NCBI GenBank assembly: GCA_030141605.1
Contig: JAQGDQ010001661.1
Span: forward strand, 1 to 30,643
Direction of reading: 5' to 3'
Origin: Tubiluchus corallicola
Taxonomy: Eukaryota; Animalia; Priapulida
Length of the DNA stretch: 30,643 nt
Shown in pieces: positions 26,808 to 30,643 of the stretch. How positions within the stretch are numbered: the first letter of the stretch is position 1; every line of letters starts with the position of its first letter. Both the position numbers and the translations under genes were made by a program. A model generated the notes under the pieces. That model was not told the DNA's origin, ran no database searches, and saw nothing but the letters and a program-made list of their open reading frames with translations.

Positions 26808-27392
26808 TCATCCAATATTGCCGAATTGTAACTGTGGATTTCGATTTGAGTCTGTTGAACACTTTTTGTTGCACTGCCCATTGTATCAACAAACTAGGGT
26901 TGTTATGTTTGATAAATTAAATGAAATACTTCTGCCCGAAAACCTTAATATAGCTGCCTTAGGAAATAATGATCTGTTGAAGTTGTTATTATTCGGAAAA
27001 GATGAATTTAACTATGTTGCTAACTGTAACATATTCCAATGCATACATGACTTTATATTACGTACTAAACGCTTCCAGTAGTTTCTATCTGATATGAAAT
27101 GCATCAGTCTTAAATATTCGTACATTATATTTTCTAACCGACATTTTCTACTAATGTCTAATGTAATCTTGTAGTAAAACTTGTCAGCTTGTGTAGTCAT
27201 AGTCTATTCTTACTGTAAATGCTACTAATATCTAATGTAATCTTGTAGTAAAACTTGTCAGCTTGTGTAGTTATAGTCAATTCTTACTGTAAATGTTCTT
27301 GTAAATAGTGTAAAAAGTCTGTTGTAGTGAGGATCCTAAATCATGTTGTACAAACTGTCTGATCCAATCATAAATAAATTATGTTTAAACTA
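26808..27392 (+). mobile_element. 5'-truncated LINE, same family as 1692-2492
   Basis: PNCNCGFRFESVEHFLLHCPLYQQTR; near-identical 3' UTR and AAATAAATTATGTTTAAAC end. Confidence 0.9.
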
Positions 27393-27988
27393 AAAGGAAT
27401 GTCTGGAAATCTTAGCTTGATAAGTAACCAACAGATAAGAGCTCAAACAAAGTATCTTAATTTTTTTACATTTATACTTAGATTTTTTATTTGGCTGGTT
27501 TGTACAAACATACGCGTTATACACATAGTCAAATTGTATACGCACATTTCAAAACAGCAGTCTAATGATTACAGCAAAACCCAATCTTAAACTGCAGGTC
27601 AAAACAATCTACTCTTTAAAATATTGAAAGGAAACACACTAAATTTTCAAAAATGACTTACGTGAAAGAATTATTACCTCACTTTCGCGGCACTAGTTCT
27701 TCGCTGTTACATGCATTTCGCCATTCTCTAGTTAGACGGGAACCAGCGCCTGCACTTCGGAAAGCGGTGCACAAAGAACAGGTGCTGTACCTCTCTGTTC
27801 AGGTGTGCTAGTATGTGACGAACTAACAGTTCGACAGTTCATGCGTGAGCACAGGCGTAAATTTGGAATTTGAATTTTTATTTTAAAATTTGCCTAGTTT
27901 TAGTACAACACACTGGATATCTGACAGTAGCACTGTACTTCAATTTTCGCTGTCGCAAACACGTGCAACACGCTCGCGGAATATATCC

Positions 27989-28013
27989 GATCCTAAATAA
28001 ATTATGTTTAAAC
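27989..28013 (+). mobile_element. Isolated extreme 3' tail of the same LINE family
   Basis: ATCCTAAATAAATTATGTTTAAAC matches 2469-2492 and is followed by a copy of the 14-mer that precedes 26808. Confidence 0.8.
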
Positions 28014-28674
28014 TAATCAGAATACGGATTCACGAGCAACAAAAACAACATTTTCGCCAAGTATCTATGACCTGCTAAAATGCATGCAGATGCTGCTAAA
28101 CACTTTCTGCAGTTGCAAGCAAGAAAACATACATATTGCAACAAAACTGTACCCTCACAACATTTACAACATCAAATTCGGAATTCTATTTCGTAATTAT
28201 CAACGTCATTTTCAAAATAAACGATTTCAAGTTCAGAACCATCAAATTCACTTTCGGAATAATTAGCATGAAATTCGTTTTAATCAATGTCAAATTCGAA
28301 TACTGTACTCCCAGCCATCCTAGAAAGAGGCAAATGAAAAGAGGCGTCAAATTAGAGCAGTTTAGTACAGTGGAAGTGACTGGAGAGAGTATGTCAAGAG
28401 AGTTTCGGCTTCAAAACATCAACTGCCTAAGATTGAATCAATTGTACAGAACGAGAGTGATGATAAGAAACGTGCTAGCCGACGTCATTACAAAAAATTA
28501 GGCCTGAACACGTTAGGGTATTTATCGAATAACATATTCTTCTCATTATAACTCTAATTTATTCAGAAAAAATATGTGTATATATTTGCTATTTTATTGT
28601 ATCGGCAAAAAATTCAGCTTTTTATTAAAGATGCAAAAGTGAGAATGTTTAGTTCGCGGATTTCGTTCGTTAAG

Positions 28675-28963
<289 letters not shown>

Positions 28964-29966
28964 CCCGTAAGACGGGGTGAGTTCGCCACTTTTTAGGGGT
29001 ATTTTTTTACGTTTCCTGCCATAGCAAGAGAATTACCCAACCGATTTTCTTAGTTCAAGCTTTATATTGCCTTTCGAATGAAACACGATCGTGGGGTGAA
29101 TTCGCCACTAACAATTTAACACTGTTTAATGCCATTCTAGGCAGCTGAAGTTAACTGGTTGAGATTGGCTGGTTGGGGGTGAGTTCGCCACCCTATGAAA
29201 AATTTATGAAAAATGTCTAGTTTTAGCCGAATTATTGAAAATGTTCGATGGTGGGACGTTTTCAATAAGGGGCCCTATGTTGGCAAGGAAGGCTTGAACG
29301 TCTTGTGCACTGATCTTATCGCGGGCGCCCTTGATGTTGCCAGCCACTCTGAAAACCAGATTGTTCCTTCGGGCGAATGATTTGACAAAGTCTATTCCAG
29401 GGGTGTTTGCCTTGAATCGTCGTTCCTGGATTCCCTTCGCGTCAAGAACGCTCTTAATCAGTAGTCGGAGATCGATGGCAGTCATTGCGAACCCCCATTC
29501 AGCGGCCACTTGGAGTGTTGGCGATTTCGTGCTCCTCGGCGGCGGAGAACACTGGCTGACCTCCGGTCTTCCGCGGATGACTTCCTGAGAGTTTGTCAGA
29601 AAGGGTATTTCTTGGAACTCCGAATTGCCTCGCCGCTGCGTTGATTGTCCTGTTGGTATTCTTGACGGCACGTAGGGCAGCTTCCAGAGCTTCTGGGGTA
29701 TAATTTTGGTATCTATGACCCGGTACAGGGGTGCAGGTGCGTGGCATGTTAAGTAGTAAGAAATAGTAGACAAATAATATGTAGCGCAGAATGGAATACT
29801 TCTAGTGCGAATTGAAAGAAGATAACTGTCGTAAACTGCTTATAATGACGGTGATCATGATATCTGTTCATTAAACACTGAACAATAGTTACAGCAAACC
29901 TACAATGGCCATTACGTAAGGGGTGGCGAACTCACCCTCGGGTGGCGAACTCACCCCGTTTTACGG
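28964..29966 (-). mobile_element. Internally deleted pogo/Fot1-like (Tc1/mariner superfamily) DNA transposon
   Basis: TIRs CCGTAA(G/A)ACGGGGTGAGTTCGCCAC flanked by TA; subterminal GGGTGA.TTCGCCAC repeats near 29093, 29176 and 29922. Confidence 0.92.
29204..29747 (-). pseudogene. Truncated, frameshifted pogo-like transposase (psq-type HTH plus CENP-B-type HTH, no DDE domain)
   Basis: YTPEALEAALRAVK...AARQFGVPRNTL, frameshift near 29515, then AEWGF...PGIDFVKSFARRN...PSNIFN, ending just before the expected DET motif. Confidence 0.88.
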
Positions 29967-30125
29967 TATATATTGTTTGTTTCGGAATTGATGTTTATTA
30001 TGCCGAAATTGAGTTTGTTTAATGGAATTTGAAATATTCATAATTACGAATTAGAGTTTTATTAATCCAAATTTGACCTTGTAATGGTATATACAACTAT
30101 TTTAAAGTAATTTACAGTTACTTAC

Positions 30126-30627
30126 CTGGCAATCTTAATATGATGCGCTGACTGACGGAGGATGTGTCTAAGCAAGCCCAGAACTAGTTAATATAGAACG
30201 TGGTCCGTGTGTGATAGTTCCGTCAGACCACTGTCCAGTCACGGAGATGACCAGGAATATCTCCGAGAGCCTAAGAGACAATGAGTTCATAATAATTGTT
30301 TGAACGTTATTACTGCTTTCCAAATGTCCATGAGTGTGGAGGGTCATTGGCTTAATTAGATTATAACCAGAGGTCACTAGTGCAACTATTAGGAAATACT
30401 GGTAAACTAGTGGGTTACGTAAGAAGACAAAGAGAAACATGAGGACCGTCAGGGGTGTCCATGTACTAATACATGAACTGACAGGCTCACTAATGAAGAC
30501 AGATTTAAATATTGTCCAGTTACGTAAGAAGTTTACGTTCTTTTTGAAAATAAGATGCGCATGCGTGTATGTAATGTGTTTTCCGTTTCGCTCGTTTGAG
30601 TTTAGGTGACCTTGTGCCAAGCTCAAC
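30126..30627 (-). other. Candidate exon of unknown coding status
   Basis: TTACAG acceptor at 30629-30628, consensus CAG|GTAAGT donor at 30125; holds a 152-codon open frame with no recognisable domain that stops 42 nt before the donor. Confidence 0.35.
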
Positions 30628-30643
30628 CTGTAATTACTATTTT

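Overview
Repeat-rich, AT-rich DNA from an invertebrate animal genome (spliceosomal introns, LINEs/SINEs, microsatellites); the species cannot be determined from the sequence. Two convergent spliced genes can be assembled by hand. On + is an FN3 plus single-transmembrane protein resembling the FNDC4/FNDC5 (irisin precursor) family (exons 7699-8031 and 10392-11143; 5' exon uncertain). On - is a 396-aa, cysteine-free secreted short collagen (signal peptide, Glu/Gly acidic tract, about 66 Gly-X-Y triplets that are mostly Gly-Pro-Ser, basic C-terminal domain; exons 23819-23501, 22432-21878, 17967-17926, 16761-16487). The most unusual structure is collagen intron 2: about 100 copies of a 37-bp unit that reads on the gene's sense strand as branch-like TTAAC, CAG, a 9-nt in-frame cassette, then GTAAGT, i.e. 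a tandem array of potential microexons or decoy splice donors. Also present: a near-identical inverted copy of the FN3 exon start and its acceptor ending at a telomere-like tract, a TSD-bounded chimeric LINE insertion carrying about 600 bp of other DNA, two 5S-rRNA-headed SINEs with RTE-derived tails, Kolobok-like and pogo-like DNA elements, several LINE 3' fragments and many tandem repeats. Most long ORFs in the track are microsatellite artefacts. All family assignments are from motif recognition, not database searches.
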